46,554 nucleotides of DNA from a bacterium. GTDB taxonomy: Bacteria; JAMCPX01. Below are positions 17,011-27,418 of the stretch, in pieces; the first letter of the stretch is position 1; each line of letters starts with the position of its first letter. The DNA lies in assembly GCA_021787655.1 (NCBI GenBank), contig JAJYLM010000001.1:1-46554 (forward strand), written 5' to 3'. The notes under the pieces are model-generated. The model made no database searches. It had not been told where the DNA came from and saw nothing but the letters and a program-made list of their open reading frames with translations. Both the position numbers and the translations under genes were made by a program.

Positions 17011-18270
17011 TTAATCAAGATCGACTTTATTCATCGAGTCAAGAAAATCTTTATTTGTTTTTGTTTTCGACATTTTATCTATCAGAAATTCCATGGCCTC
17101 AACAACTCCCATGGGCTGAAGAACCTTTCTCAGTACCCATAACTTGTTGATGGCGCTCTTTTCTATCAGCAGTTCTTCTTTTCTCGTACCTGACTTGCTG
17201 ATATCCATCGCAGGGAACACCCTCTTATCGGCAAGCCTCCTGTCCAATACGATTTCCATATTACCGGTTCCTTTGAACTCTTCAAAGATAACTTCGTCCA
17301 TACGGCTGCCGGTATCGATAAGGGCCGTTGCCATAATGGTGAGACTGCCCCCTTCTTCAATATTTCGGGCCGCGCCAAAAAACCGCTTCGGTCTCTGGAG
17401 TGCATTCGCGTCAACACCGCCTGAAAGCACCTTGCCGCTCGCGGGAACAATCGTGTTATGTGCCCGTGCAAGCCTCGTGATACTGTCGAGCAGAATAACA
17501 ACATCGCGACCGTGCTCGACAAGCCTCTTTGCCTTTTCGAGAACCATGTCCGCCACTTGAACGTGCCTCTGTGCCGGTTCGTCGAATGTTGAGCTGATCA
17601 CTTCCCCTTTCACCGACCTCTGCATGTCCGTGACCTCTTCAGGCCGTTCATCTATCAGCAGAACAATGAGGTGAACCTCAGGATGATTTTTGATAATTGC
17701 ATTCGCTATGTGCTGCAGCAAAATGGTTTTTCCGGTCCGCGGCTGTGCAACGATGAGCCCCCGCTGGCCTTTACCAATAGGAGCAAGCAGGTCTATGATC
17801 CGCGTCGAAAGCTCCGAATGGTTGTATTCAAGCTTAAATTTTTCCTCGGGATACAGAGGCGTGAGGTTGTCAAAAAGTATCTTATTCCTGGCCACCTCGG
17901 GATCATCGTTATTGATAGTCTCGACCTTGACCAGAGCAAAGTACTTCTCTCCCTCTTTCGGCTGTCGTATCTGACCAGTGACCACATCACCTGTCCGTAT
18001 ACCGAATTTTCGGATTTGAGAGGGTGAAACATAGATATCATCAGGACCAGGCAGGTAATTGTAATCAGACGACCTCAGAAAGCCATAGCCGTCGGGAAGT
18101 ATTTCCAGAACGCCTTCACCGTAGATAATGCCGTTGTTCGCACTCTGTGCCTTCAGTATGCCGAATATCAGCTCCTGCCTTCGCAGGCTCATTGCATCTT
18201 CTACGTTCAATTCTTTGGCTATATTGGCAAGCTCTGCTATTGATTTTGTTTTGAGTTCTTTTAGATTCAA
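17011..18270 (-). CDS. rho: transcription termination factor Rho
   Basis: 419 aa. N-terminal MNLKELK...ELA..A..L, the RNA-binding domain [14 protein letters not shown], Walker A PRTGKT and [10 protein letters not shown] are all present. Confidence 0.97.
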   Translation of the reverse strand: MNLKELKTKSIAELANIAKELNVEDAMSLRRQELIFGILKAQSANNGIIYGEGVLEILPDGYGFLRSSDYNYLPGPDDIYVSPSQIRKFGIRTGDVVTGQIRQPKEGEKYFALVKVETINNDDPEVARNKILFDNLTPLYPEEKFKLEYNHSELSTRIIDLLAPIGKGQRGLIVAQPRTGKTILLQHIANAIIKNHPEVHLIVLLIDERPEEVTDMQRSVKGEVISSTFDEPAQRHVQVADMVLEKAKRLVEHGRDVVILLDSITRLARAHNTIVPASGKVLSGGVDANALQRPKRFFGAARNIEEGGSLTIMATALIDTGSRMDEVIFEEFKGTGNMEIVLDRRLADKRVFPAMDISKSGTRKEELLIEKSAINKLWVLRKVLQPMGVVEAMEFLIDKMSKTKTNKDFLDSMNKVDLD

Positions 18271-18420
18271 TGCGTTTACCTTCTTTTCTGTTTTTACACG
18301 GATGCACTCTTACTGTTGACCAAATAAAAAAGGTTGCACTCTTTCCAGGTGAAAGTGTACCGGAACCGCTTTTATTTTCCTAAAGTAAAGTTTATCTTGC
18401 TGTTTTGGTTACTCTCTTAT

Positions 18421-19662
18421 TTATTTCGCGTTCGCGACGCCACTGCATCCTACCACTACGTATATGTCATATACCGAGTTCTTTACCTTTGACCGGGCAA
18501 GCTTTTCGCTTCCGGGGATCAACCGTAAAATATTTACAGCCTGGCTGTAATACGGGTCGTTAAATATAACAACAGAGTCATTGTAATTCAATGAAGGCGC
18601 TCTTCCGACTTCGATAACGTTGAATCCGGATGCTTTTATTTTCTGTGCAAAAAACTGTGCTTTATCACCCGAAGAACAACCGTTCACAACAACGACCTTT
18701 GGTCCATTCATTTGGCCGACTGGCTTCGCTGGCTGAGGAAGTGATGTCCGCTTATAAACAAATCCTTTGACAGCACTCTTTGCAGTATTAAACAAATATG
18801 AAAAGCCAAGGGTTGCAAGATAATTGGTATCCGTTCTTACCGGATCAGGCAATCCTCCGCCAACGCCCAGCGTCAGCATTGTAACATGCGTCGGCAGATA
18901 GCGGAAGCCGAACAGTGCGTAGAGGTCTTCGTCACCCAGTGGAATAATATCGGTTGAACCGGAGCTGCCGCTGCCGATATTCGCTGATTGTCCGATCATC
19001 TCTACACTGAAGTAAGCCTTTTCGAGCAGTATGGCATATTCGTAACTTAATGAGGCAAGCAGTATCGGAACATTCTGATATCCCTTCAAAGGCTGTGCCT
19101 TGTCATAATAATCACCCTGCTTGAATCCGATATCCCAGTACAGCATATTCTTTTCGCTGCCGCCTATTCTGTAACCGAAGTCAGCTTCTGCGCTAACGTT
19201 CGTGTCTCCACTTCCGAGAACAGAACTCTTACTTGCAGATGGTATTCCGATATCCAAGGTGGCTGCCAGAGAAATAGGGCTTGTTTCTCCGTTTAAGAAT
19301 CTATATTTGCCGAGAACATCAATATTGTTGATACCGCTCTGTGATTTCGGTCCCCCGCTGATATCGACTGGGAAAACGATACCGCCTTCCAAATTATTCA
19401 GAAAACCGTAGTTAAAAATACCTGAAATATTTGTATCCGCCCAGTCCCTGCTGTACCCTGACGGGTTTCCATAGTCGGACGGGGTAAGATGTCCGGTGTA
19501 TCCCAAAAAGGCGCTAAGATTCCATGCATCTCTTGACAACACATCAGGAGTTCTTGTAGAAACAAGGCCGCTGCCACCACTGTTTGACGGCATTGCTGCA
19601 AAGACATTACTTGCTATCAACAAGAAGGTTGCCACTAGTGTCAAAAATATTGAATGTTTCAT
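18421..19662 (-). CDS. signal-peptide protein: predicted beta-barrel region fused to a C-terminal LytR_C-like domain
   Basis: 413 aa. The signal peptide is MKHSIFLTLVATFLLIASNVFA. About 270 aa follow with alternating Gly/aromatic-rich strands ending ...LATLGFSYLF, an OMP-like terminal strand. After a linker, the last 93 aa (18424-18702) read VVVVNGCSSGDKAQFFAQKIKASGFNVIEVG...VVIFND...A..I..L.P, typical of LytR_C. Confidence 0.6.
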   Translation of the reverse strand: MKHSIFLTLVATFLLIASNVFAAMPSNSGGSGLVSTRTPDVLSRDAWNLSAFLGYTGHLTPSDYGNPSGYSRDWADTNISGIFNYGFLNNLEGGIVFPVDISGGPKSQSGINNIDVLGKYRFLNGETSPISLAATLDIGIPSASKSSVLGSGDTNVSAEADFGYRIGGSEKNMLYWDIGFKQGDYYDKAQPLKGYQNVPILLASLSYEYAILLEKAYFSVEMIGQSANIGSGSSGSTDIIPLGDEDLYALFGFRYLPTHVTMLTLGVGGGLPDPVRTDTNYLATLGFSYLFNTAKSAVKGFVYKRTSLPQPAKPVGQMNGPKVVVVNGCSSGDKAQFFAQKIKASGFNVIEVGRAPSLNYNDSVVIFNDPYYSQAVNILRLIPGSEKLARSKVKNSVYDIYVVVGCSGVANAK

Positions 19663-19689
19663 TTTGCCCTCCCTTAAATATAGTTAATT

Positions 19690-19716
19690 GTTATACTGCC
19701 CAATTTTAAATGTCAA
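19690..19716 (-). promoter_or_regulatory. sigma-70 promoter candidate for the beta-barrel/LytR_C gene, TTGACA-15-TATAAC
   Basis: The minus strand reads cTTGACAtttaaaattgggcagTATAACaatt...AAGGGAGGGcaaaATG. The -35 is perfect, but the 15-nt spacer is short. Confidence 0.4.
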
Positions 19717-19734
19717 GTATTTAAATATGTTGTG

Positions 19735-20454
19735 TCATTTGACCAGATTTGCCAGTTCGATAAACCCATAGCCTTGCTCTTGTGTCATGATCCAGCGGGG
19801 CTTATGCCGGATCAAGGGGAGGTAATTACGGACATTTGCAACACCAACCGACAAGGGAAACAGATCGGGGTCAAACATCGATTCATCATTTGCAGAGTCC
19901 CCTACGGTAACCGTTATTTTGTCATGGACGATGGATTTTAACGTCCTCCCCTTGCTGCAGTCCGGTGATAGAATATGTGTTTGAACGGAACTGACAACAG
20001 TCGTCAGTCCATACGCTCCTGCAATTTCTCTGATGTACTCAATATCCTGCTGCCGGAGCGACCGGTTATCGATTGATCTGTCCGTCAGCCGGAATGGATT
20101 GTCCTGAGCCTTTACCATGTGCGGGATGTTTATGGCAACAGTATCAAAGCATGTCTGGAGTCTTTTGCTGTGATCTGCAGGCAGATCGACAGACGCTATA
20201 TCATGTCCTTTTATGATGACCCCGCCATTCTCGGCAATAACCATTTCAACGGGGAGATACTGGGAAAGAGTGGTACACGCACCGCCGGATCTGCCGGTAA
20301 CAAGGATGATCTTCAGACCTGCGGAACGCAGAGCTTCGACCGCCCGTATCACCTCCGAGGTGAGCATGCCGTTTATCGTCAACGTATCATCCACGTCGGT
20401 CGCTATATATTCAAGTCCCTGCAATGACGCCTTCATTTCGTCTTTGTCGTACAT
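19735..20454 (-). CDS. HAD-superfamily (IIB/Cof-type) sugar-phosphate phosphatase
   Basis: 239 aa. HAD motif I is ATDVDDTLT, motif II is LVTGR and motif IV is GDSANDESMF. Confidence 0.8.
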   Translation of the reverse strand: MYDKDEMKASLQGLEYIATDVDDTLTINGMLTSEVIRAVEALRSAGLKIILVTGRSGGACTTLSQYLPVEMVIAENGGVIIKGHDIASVDLPADHSKRLQTCFDTVAINIPHMVKAQDNPFRLTDRSIDNRSLRQQDIEYIREIAGAYGLTTVVSSVQTHILSPDCSKGRTLKSIVHDKITVTVGDSANDESMFDPDLFPLSVGVANVRNYLPLIRHKPRWIMTQEQGYGFIELANLVK

Positions 20455-20558
20455 TGAACAACACTATAAGGACGGCATTCGGATGTCAAAGGGAACCAGA
20501 GGTAATGCTTGAAAAGCAGCGCTCATTGCAATATACGCCCAGACAGGGAGGTATGACC

Positions 20559-21518
20559 ATGAAGAGAATCGGCATTCTGACCAGTGGCGGGGATTCACCG
20601 GGCATGAACGGGGCTTTGAGGGCCGGCGTCCGCGCGGCCCTGTCGCTTGGCTGGGAGGTTATCGGTATCCACAGGGGTTACTCGGGTCTCATCAATGAGG
20701 AATTCCAGGTCATGGATTCGAAATCGGTCAGCGGCATCCTCCAGTTTGGGGGTACCATCCTGCAGACAGCACGTTCCAAGGAATTCTTTCTCGAAGAGGG
20801 GCGGAGAAAGGCCGCGGGTATTGTCAGGAAGCATGGCATCGATGCCCTCGTCATCATCGGTGGAAATGGATCCCTGACCGGCGCTCTCAAATTGCATGAG
20901 CTCGGCATAACAACAGTCGGAATACCGGGATCTATTGATAATGACCTTTATGGCACCGATATGGCGATTGGTGTTGATACCGCCCTGAATACGATCGTCC
21001 AGGCTGTTGACAAGATCAAGGACACGGCATCGTCCCACGACAGGGCATTCATCATCGAAGTGATGGGCAGGGAATCCGGCTACCTCGCCGTGATGTCCGC
21101 AATGGCGAGCGGCGCCGAGTTTGCGATTGTACCCGAAGTACCCTACGACATAAAGGCCATCTCCGCAAAATTGCGGAAGCGGTATGAAGAAAAACGGTCG
21201 AACAGCATTATCATCGTTGCAGAGGGTGCAACCAGCGGGTTCCAGATAGAAAAAGAACTCAGGGACGAAATAGGGTTCGAAACACGGGTAACAGTGCTCG
21301 GCCATGTACAGCGGGGGGGATCGCCGACCGTCTTCGACAGACTGATAGCATCTCAGTTCGGCTACTTTGCGGTTGATTTTCTGAACAAGGGCGGCAGCGG
21401 AAAGATGGTCGGTCTCATCAAGGACGATATCGTATTCACACCGTTTGAAGAGGCCATCAGCAAGGTAAAACCGATCAAAAAAGAACTGATCACCATCATG
21501 GAAATGCTCGGAACGTAA
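20559..21518 (+). CDS. pfkA: ATP-dependent 6-phosphofructokinase
   Basis: Translation begins MKRIGILTSGGDSPGMNGALR, with IGGNGSL, PGSIDND and MGRESGYLA further in. I chose the ATG at 20559 because it is 7 nt after GGGAGG. The ATG at 20553 and the track start at 20424 are less likely. Confidence 0.92.
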   Translation: MKRIGILTSGGDSPGMNGALRAGVRAALSLGWEVIGIHRGYSGLINEEFQVMDSKSVSGILQFGGTILQTARSKEFFLEEGRRKAAGIVRKHGIDALVIIGGNGSLTGALKLHELGITTVGIPGSIDNDLYGTDMAIGVDTALNTIVQAVDKIKDTASSHDRAFIIEVMGRESGYLAVMSAMASGAEFAIVPEVPYDIKAISAKLRKRYEEKRSNSIIIVAEGATSGFQIEKELRDEIGFETRVTVLGHVQRGGSPTVFDRLIASQFGYFAVDFLNKGGSGKMVGLIKDDIVFTPFEEAISKVKPIKKELITIMEMLGT

Positions 21519-21578
21519 TCTGATCCCGCGAAACCGCTCCAGCCTCTGACCGGAACAGGAACCCGGTGTGGCTGTTCG

Positions 21579-22514
21579 TTATTTCTTTTTAAGAAAGAAC
21601 TCCAGTGTCGCTTTCAGCCCTTCGTCCAGCTTGACGCCGGGCTGCCAGTGAAGCAGGGTCTTCGCAAGGGTAATATCCGGCCTGCGCTGTTTTGGATCGT
21701 CCTGGGGCAGCGGTTTATATGTTATCGTGCTCTTCGACCCTGAAAGACTGATGATGTGCTTCGCAAAATCTATTATCTTCCATTCTTCGGGATTCCCCAG
21801 GTTGACGGGACCCACATAATCTGACATCAACAGCCGGTATATTCCTTCAACAAGATCAGAAACGTAGCAGAAACTCCTTGTCTGTGAACCATCGCCATAA
21901 ACGGTCAGGGGCTCGTTCCGCAATGCCTGCATGATGAAGTTCGGCACGACCCTGCCGTCGTTGAGACGCATACGGGGACCGTAGGTATTGAAAATCCTCA
22001 CGATCCGGACATCTACTTTATGGTAGCGGTGATATCCCATGGTCATTGCCTCGGCAAAACGCTTCGCCTCGTCATATACGCTGCGCGGACCGACAGAGTT
22101 GACATTGCCCCAGTATGACTCCGGCTGCGGATTGACAAGCGGATCCCCGTACACCTCGGACGTGGATGCAAGAAAATACCGGGCTCCTTTGTCCTTTGCA
22201 AGACCGATCGTTTTGTGGGTGCCCAGCGCACCGACTTTCAAGGTCTGTATCGGATGTTCAAGATAATCAATGGGGCTTGCCGGTGACGCAAAATTCAGGA
22301 CGTAATCTATCTTTCCGGGAATGTGGATATAGTTGGCTATATCGTGGTTCATGAAAACGAATTCTTTTGTACCGAAAAGATGGGACACGTTGTCCAGCGA
22401 ACCCGTTATGAGATTGTCCACACAAAACACATCGAACGATTTTGCGAGGAAATACTCACACAGATGTGATCCGATAAACCCCGCACCGCCTGCTATAACG
22501 ACCCTTTTATTCAC
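21579..22514 (-). CDS. uxs: UDP-glucuronate decarboxylase (UDP-xylose synthase)
   Basis: 311 aa extended SDR with GGAGFIGSH and YDEAKR. The long block [52 protein letters not shown] closely matches UXS enzymes. Confidence 0.88.
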   Translation of the reverse strand: MNKRVVIAGGAGFIGSHLCEYFLAKSFDVFCVDNLITGSLDNVSHLFGTKEFVFMNHDIANYIHIPGKIDYVLNFASPASPIDYLEHPIQTLKVGALGTHKTIGLAKDKGARYFLASTSEVYGDPLVNPQPESYWGNVNSVGPRSVYDEAKRFAEAMTMGYHRYHKVDVRIVRIFNTYGPRMRLNDGRVVPNFIMQALRNEPLTVYGDGSQTRSFCYVSDLVEGIYRLLMSDYVGPVNLGNPEEWKIIDFAKHIISLSGSKSTITYKPLPQDDPKQRRPDITLAKTLLHWQPGVKLDEGLKATLEFFLKKK

Positions 22515-22520
22515 TTCAAC

Positions 22521-23819
22521 CTACCTTCCTATACCATAGTATTCGAAACCGGTATCCACGAGCTGCTTTCTGTCGAATATATTTCTTCCGTCAAAGATAA
22601 CGTTCCCCTTCATCAATTTCAGGACGCGGTCAAAATCCGGCTTCCGGTACTCATTCCACTCGGTGACAAGGACCAGGCCGTCGGCATTCTTCAGTGCCGC
22701 ATACATATCTTTCGCATACTGAATCTTACTGCCGAACACGGTTTTTATATTCTGCATTGCCTCCGGGTCGTGCACGGTAACGGCTGCACCGGCCTTCACC
22801 AGCGCCTGAATGATCACCAGCGACGGCGCCTCGCGAATATCGTCCGTCTTCGGCTTGAACGCCAGTCCCCAGACGGCGAACCGCCTGCCCTTCAGTTTTC
22901 CGTCAAAATGTTCTCTCATCATGCGGGGGATCAGTTCCTTCTGACGATCGTTGACCCGATCAACAGCGGACAGCAGGTCCATACTGTAACCATGCTGTTT
23001 CCCGACATGGATGACGCTCTTGACGTCCTTCGGAAAACAGGAACCGCCATACCCAACGCCCGGGAACAGGAAGAGATGCCCGATACGGTTGTCATACCCG
23101 ATACCTTTTCTCACATCATCAATGTTCGCTCCGGTAATGGTGCACAGGTTGGCTATTTCATTGATAAACGAGATCTTCGTGGCAAGCATGGCGTTTGCAG
23201 CATATTTTATCATTTCCGAGCTCCGTATATCAGTGACGATAACCGGGTTTCCTGTCCGTGTAAACGGTTCGTATAATGAGCGGAGAACATTGCCCGTGTC
23301 CTCGCTGCTGACACCGATAATAACGCGGTCCGGCTTCATAAAATCGTCGATTGCAGCGCCCTCCTTCAGGAATTCCGGATTCGATGCAATATCAAACGGT
23401 ATCCGCGTTTCTTTTGATATTATCTTCCGGACCACCTCCGAAGTGCCGACCGGTACGGTGCTCTTGGTCACGACGATCTTGTGCTCGTTCATATACCTGC
23501 CGATATTCCGTGCAACAGCCTTTATTGCGGAGAGGTCCGTTGCGCCCCGGCTATCCGGTGGTGTGCCGACTGCGATGAATATGATGCTGGATCCCCGGAC
23601 TGCCCGCTCCATATCTGTTGTAAACTTCAACCGGCGTTCTTTCCGGTTCTTCTGTATCAATTCCTGGAGTCCCGGCTCATAGATCGGAACAACTCCCTTA
23701 TTCAGCAACTCGATTTTTTTCCTGTCGATGTCCATGCATACGACTTCGTTGCCGCTGTCGGCAAAACACGTACCAGTAACAAGCCCGACATACCCTGTGC
23801 CCATAATCGTCAGTTTCAT
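22521..23819 (-). CDS. ugd: UDP-glucose 6-dehydrogenase
   Basis: 432 aa with MGTGYVGLVTG.CFA and GGSCFPKD containing the catalytic Cys. The C-terminal UDP-binding domain is present. Confidence 0.93.
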   Translation of the reverse strand: MKLTIMGTGYVGLVTGTCFADSGNEVVCMDIDRKKIELLNKGVVPIYEPGLQELIQKNRKERRLKFTTDMERAVRGSSIIFIAVGTPPDSRGATDLSAIKAVARNIGRYMNEHKIVVTKSTVPVGTSEVVRKIISKETRIPFDIASNPEFLKEGAAIDDFMKPDRVIIGVSSEDTGNVLRSLYEPFTRTGNPVIVTDIRSSEMIKYAANAMLATKISFINEIANLCTITGANIDDVRKGIGYDNRIGHLFLFPGVGYGGSCFPKDVKSVIHVGKQHGYSMDLLSAVDRVNDRQKELIPRMMREHFDGKLKGRRFAVWGLAFKPKTDDIREAPSLVIIQALVKAGAAVTVHDPEAMQNIKTVFGSKIQYAKDMYAALKNADGLVLVTEWNEYRKPDFDRVLKLMKGNVIFDGRNIFDRKQLVDTGFEYYGIGR

Positions 23820-24745
23820 ACGACTCCCTCTTCTCTTTTGATCCGGTCTGAATGCGGTTCAGCACCTGATGAACCAGGACGCTGCCGCAGTCGCCCGTTC
23901 GACTCCATGTATTCATAAAGTGCATCATACCACGGCCGAATGTCAACCTTTGTTATCTGTTTGACCGCTGTCTTGTCCAGTGCCGAATTGTGCGGCCTCC
24001 GCGCGGGCCTCGGGAACTCTGCCGAACCGACAGGAATGACATCCGTTGTCATGCCTGCAAGTTTGAGTATTTCACGGGCAAATCCGAACCACGACACAAT
24101 CCCTTCGTTCGAGAAATGGAAGACCTTCCCCCGCACGTCCGGATGTTCCGCAAACCACCGGATGACCGAGACAAGGTCCCTGGTGTACGTCGGACTTCCA
24201 TACTGATCGTCGACAACCTTCAGTGAGCTGTTCTGTTGTGCGAGCTGAAGAATCGTATCGACAAAATTTTTCCCGTTTTCGCCGAACAGCCATTGCGTCC
24301 TGAGGATTACGTAGGTATCGCAGGAGTTCATCAATTCCTGCTCGCCCAGCAGTTTCGAACGGCCGTAGGCTGAGAGCGGATTGGTTTTATCTTCCTCCCT
24401 GTAGGGACCTTCTTTCTCTCCATCGAAGACGTAATCCGTACTGATATGAATCAACCTCGACCCCGTCTTCTGCGCTGCCCGGGCGAGATACCCGACTGCC
24501 GTGCCATTAATGAGCATTGCCCGTGCTTCGTCGCTCTCGCACTGGTCGACCGCAGTGTATGCTGCAGTATTAATGATAAGTTCCGGCTGCAGTGTCTCCA
24601 CGGATTTGAAGACAGCCTCCCGGTCGGTTATATCGAGCTGCTGCTCCGTCAATGCCGTCACCGGAAAGTCGGGACTGAGGCCGGACTCAAGCGCCGTGGC
24701 AAGCATTCCTCCTGCTCCTGTGATAACGACCTTTGTGCGCGCCAT
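23816..24745 (-). CDS. rfbD: dTDP-4-dehydrorhamnose reductase
   Basis: I chose the ATG at 24745, giving MARTKVVITGAGGMLATAL, 8 nt after the rfbB stop. The track start at 24835 lies inside rfbB. Supporting motifs are NTAAYTAVDQCE, STDYVFDG and YGRSKL. The stop overlaps the ugd start as ATGA. Confidence 0.88.
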   Translation of the reverse strand: MARTKVVITGAGGMLATALESGLSPDFPVTALTEQQLDITDREAVFKSVETLQPELIINTAAYTAVDQCESDEARAMLINGTAVGYLARAAQKTGSRLIHISTDYVFDGEKEGPYREEDKTNPLSAYGRSKLLGEQELMNSCDTYVILRTQWLFGENGKNFVDTILQLAQQNSSLKVVDDQYGSPTYTRDLVSVIRWFAEHPDVRGKVFHFSNEGIVSWFGFAREILKLAGMTTDVIPVGSAEFPRPARRPHNSALDKTAVKQITKVDIRPWYDALYEYMESNGRLRQRPGSSGAEPHSDRIKREEGVV

Positions 24746-24753
24746 AACGGGTT

Positions 24754-25776
24754 TCAATACCCCTTGAGTCCTTTGACGGCGTAATTCTTTTCGTAATACT
24801 CCAGGTACTCTCCTGACTTTATCCGTTTCCACCACGTCCGGTTGACGGTATACCAGTCAATAGTGGTCTGCAGACCGCGATCGAGGACCGTCCGGGGTTT
24901 CCAGCCGAGCCTGTCCATGATTTTTGACGGGTCAATTGCATACCGCCGGTCATGGCCGGGTCTGTCTTTCACAGAGGTAATGAGGGAAGCCGGTTTGCCC
25001 ATGAGGTGCAGGACGCTCTCTATGAATGCCTTGTTTGTGCGTTCCTCCCCTGCACCGATGTTATAGACTTCACCTTCCTTCCCCTTATGCAGGACCAGGT
25101 CGATGGCCTCGGCGTTGTCCATGACGAAGATCCAATCCCTGACATTCAATCCGTCGCCGTAAACGGGAACCGGTCTGTCTTCAAGGAGGTTCGTGACGGC
25201 GAGGGGAAGAAACTTCTCCGGAAACTGGTAAGGCCCGTAATTGTTCGATGTACGTGTGATCATGACCGGCATGCTGAACGTTTCAAAATATGCCTGCGCG
25301 ATCATGTCCGCCGATGCCTTGCTCGCGGAATAGGGGCTGTTCGGATGCAGACAGGTCGTTTCCGTAAATTTCCCGGTTGCACCGAGTGACCCGTAGACCT
25401 CGTCCGTGGATATCTGAATAAACCTGCCAACGTGCTTTTCGCGTGCACGATCCAGTAAGAGCTGCGTTCCCAGAACATTCGTCTTGATAAAAGCAGCCGG
25501 TTCGAGGATGCTTCTGTCCACATGCGATTCTGCTGCAAAGTTGATGACCGCGTCCACGCCGCCGTCAAGGATTGCATCGACGAGTTTGGCATCCGCTATG
25601 TCTCCCCGGATAAAAGAGTAGTGCGGGTTACCCCCGGCGGACGCAAGATTTTCAAGATTGCCCGCATACGTCAGTTTGTCGAGATTGATAATATCGTAGT
25701 CCGGATGGTGTTCCAGCATGTAGAGTATGAAATTCGATCCGATAAATCCGGCACCACCCGTAATCAGAAGCTTCAT
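24754..25776 (-). CDS. rfbB: dTDP-glucose 4,6-dehydratase
   Basis: 340 aa with [29 protein letters not shown] and the C-terminal W....W motif typical of RmlB. Confidence 0.95.
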   Translation of the reverse strand: MKLLITGGAGFIGSNFILYMLEHHPDYDIINLDKLTYAGNLENLASAGGNPHYSFIRGDIADAKLVDAILDGGVDAVINFAAESHVDRSILEPAAFIKTNVLGTQLLLDRAREKHVGRFIQISTDEVYGSLGATGKFTETTCLHPNSPYSASKASADMIAQAYFETFSMPVMITRTSNNYGPYQFPEKFLPLAVTNLLEDRPVPVYGDGLNVRDWIFVMDNAEAIDLVLHKGKEGEVYNIGAGEERTNKAFIESVLHLMGKPASLITSVKDRPGHDRRYAIDPSKIMDRLGWKPRTVLDRGLQTTIDWYTVNRTWWKRIKSGEYLEYYEKNYAVKGLKGY

Positions 25777-26231
25777 TATCCGTCCTTTCTGGACCAGTCG
25801 TACGGAATGGTGTTCTTATGGGGGTCGATCCGGTATTCATCGGGCTGCTTGTAATCGAAGATGTTGGTCGGTACGTTGATGACCATTGCCTCTGTTTCAC
25901 TGATGCATTTAAAGCCGTGATACACCATCTCCGGTATGGAAACGAGGATGGGATTGTTCTCGCCCACAAAGAACTGGTTGACCTCGCCTCTTGTATTTGA
26001 GCCTTCCCGGTCATCATAGAGCACAATCTTCATCATTCCCCTGACAACGCTCATGTTGTCCGTTTGATGCTTGTGGTAATGCCATGCCTTGACGACGCCG
26101 GGGTATGCGGTGGTCATATAGACCTGCCCGAACTTTATGAAAAGCTCGTCATCTGATCTGAGGATCTCCATGAGCCTGCCCCGTTCATCACAGATGACCT
26201 TCAGGTTTTTAACTTTGACACCGTCTATCAT
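25776..26231 (-). CDS. rfbC: dTDP-4-dehydrorhamnose 3,5-epimerase family protein (short cupin form)
   Basis: 151 aa cupin with DERG...E, AWHYHK.Q.D and IP..V.HGF. It sits between rfbA and rfbB. The stop and rfbB start overlap as TAATG. Confidence 0.8.
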   Translation of the reverse strand: MIDGVKVKNLKVICDERGRLMEILRSDDELFIKFGQVYMTTAYPGVVKAWHYHKHQTDNMSVVRGMMKIVLYDDREGSNTRGEVNQFFVGENNPILVSIPEMVYHGFKCISETEAMVINVPTNIFDYKQPDEYRIDPHKNTIPYDWSRKDG

Positions 26232-26353
26232 ATATTCATGCTCCTTCTGTTACTATTTCATCTGTACAGTCCCGCGGTCATGCCGCAGATGCCGCGTATC
26301 GCTCCTTCACGGGAGAGCGGCCAGCGGGATCAAGCGGGCTTTCCCTTTCTTGC

Positions 26354-27418
26354 CTACGGAAGTCCGACCTTGCTGTTGTCTCCGAGCAGCAGCCGGTACA
26401 CCTTTGGTTTCTCATTCAGTTTTTTTACCTCGACATCCCTGCCGACGAGGCTGTCTTCTATTTTTATGCCGACATCCTCGATACGGCAATTTTCAAGAAT
26501 GATGCTGTGCTCTATCTCGCTGTTAACGATCTCCGTACCCGACGATATCGAGGTAAATGGGCCGATATAGGAATTGATGATCCTTGCCCCCCTGCCAATC
26601 GCAGCCGGACCTCTGATGATGGAATTTTTGATAACCGCACCTTTTTCAACGACGACCTTGAATTCGACCCGCGAATGATTGTCCACATCACCCTTGATAT
26701 CCGTTTCGTTCAGGTCGAGCATCATCCTGTTCGCTTCGAGCATGTCCTCGAGCTTCCCGGTATCCTTCCACCACCCGGTCACAATGTGGGGCAGGACCTT
26801 GAATTTGTGGTCGATGAGCCACTGGATGGCGTCCGTGATCTCCAGTTCACCCCGCTTCGACGGCTTTATCGAGCGCACCGCCGTGTGGATATGCTTGTCG
26901 AACATATAAACCCCGACAAGGGCCAGATCGCTCTTGGGCTTTTTTGGTTTTTCTTCGAGACGGATTACGGTGGAATCTTTCAGTTCTGCGACGCCGAATT
27001 GATTCGGATTTTTGACGTGGGCAAGCAATATCTGTGAGTTGGGGGACTGCTGTTTGAATTGTTCAACCAGGTTGGTGATGCCGCTCTTGATGAGGTTGTC
27101 CCCGAGATACATCACAAAGGGGTCATCCCTGAGAAAATCCCGCGCTATGAGCACTGCATGTGCGAGTCCGAGCGGTTTGTCCTGCTGGAGGTAGGTTATT
27201 TTTACACCGAATTTTTTCCCGTCGGCGACGGCATTTTTAACCTCCCCGGCAGTGTCTCCGACAATGATACCAATGTCCGTTATGCCGGCATCCCGTATCG
27301 CCTCCAGTGCATAGAAGAGGATGGGTTTATTCGCAACCGGAATGAGCTGCTTTGCACCCGTATGCGTGATCGGTCTCAGACGTGTCCCCTTACCGCCGCT
27401 CAGTATCAGTGCCTTCAT
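26354..27418 (-). CDS. rfbA: glucose-1-phosphate thymidylyltransferase (long form with C-terminal left-handed beta-helix)
   Basis: I chose the ATG at 27418, giving MKALILSGGKGTRLRPITHTGAKQLIPVANKP. The C-terminal half has hexapeptide repeats. The start overlaps the upstream stop as ATGA. The track start at 27532 would add a non-homologous extension. Confidence 0.88.
   Translation of the reverse strand: MKALILSGGKGTRLRPITHTGAKQLIPVANKPILFYALEAIRDAGITDIGIIVGDTAGEVKNAVADGKKFGVKITYLQQDKPLGLAHAVLIARDFLRDDPFVMYLGDNLIKSGITNLVEQFKQQSPNSQILLAHVKNPNQFGVAELKDSTVIRLEEKPKKPKSDLALVGVYMFDKHIHTAVRSIKPSKRGELEITDAIQWLIDHKFKVLPHIVTGWWKDTGKLEDMLEANRMMLDLNETDIKGDVDNHSRVEFKVVVEKGAVIKNSIIRGPAAIGRGARIINSYIGPFTSISSGTEIVNSEIEHSIILENCRIEDVGIKIEDSLVGRDVEVKKLNEKPKVYRLLLGDNSKVGLP

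Noticed and set aside
20424-20558. Long N-terminal extensions implied by longest-ORF starts (pfkA 20424; also rfbA 27532, rfbD 24835, hpf 34125, GT39 40213, FadL-1 5020, lipoprotein 10974, glyQ 34110)
   Set aside because: The extensions have no homology to the respective families and overlap upstream genes or divergent promoters. Internal starts reproduce the canonical N-termini, with an SD or a stop/start overlap.
20595-21305. 236-aa ORF antisense to pfkA
   Set aside because: It is a shadow ORF of a highly conserved glycolytic gene with no recognisable features.
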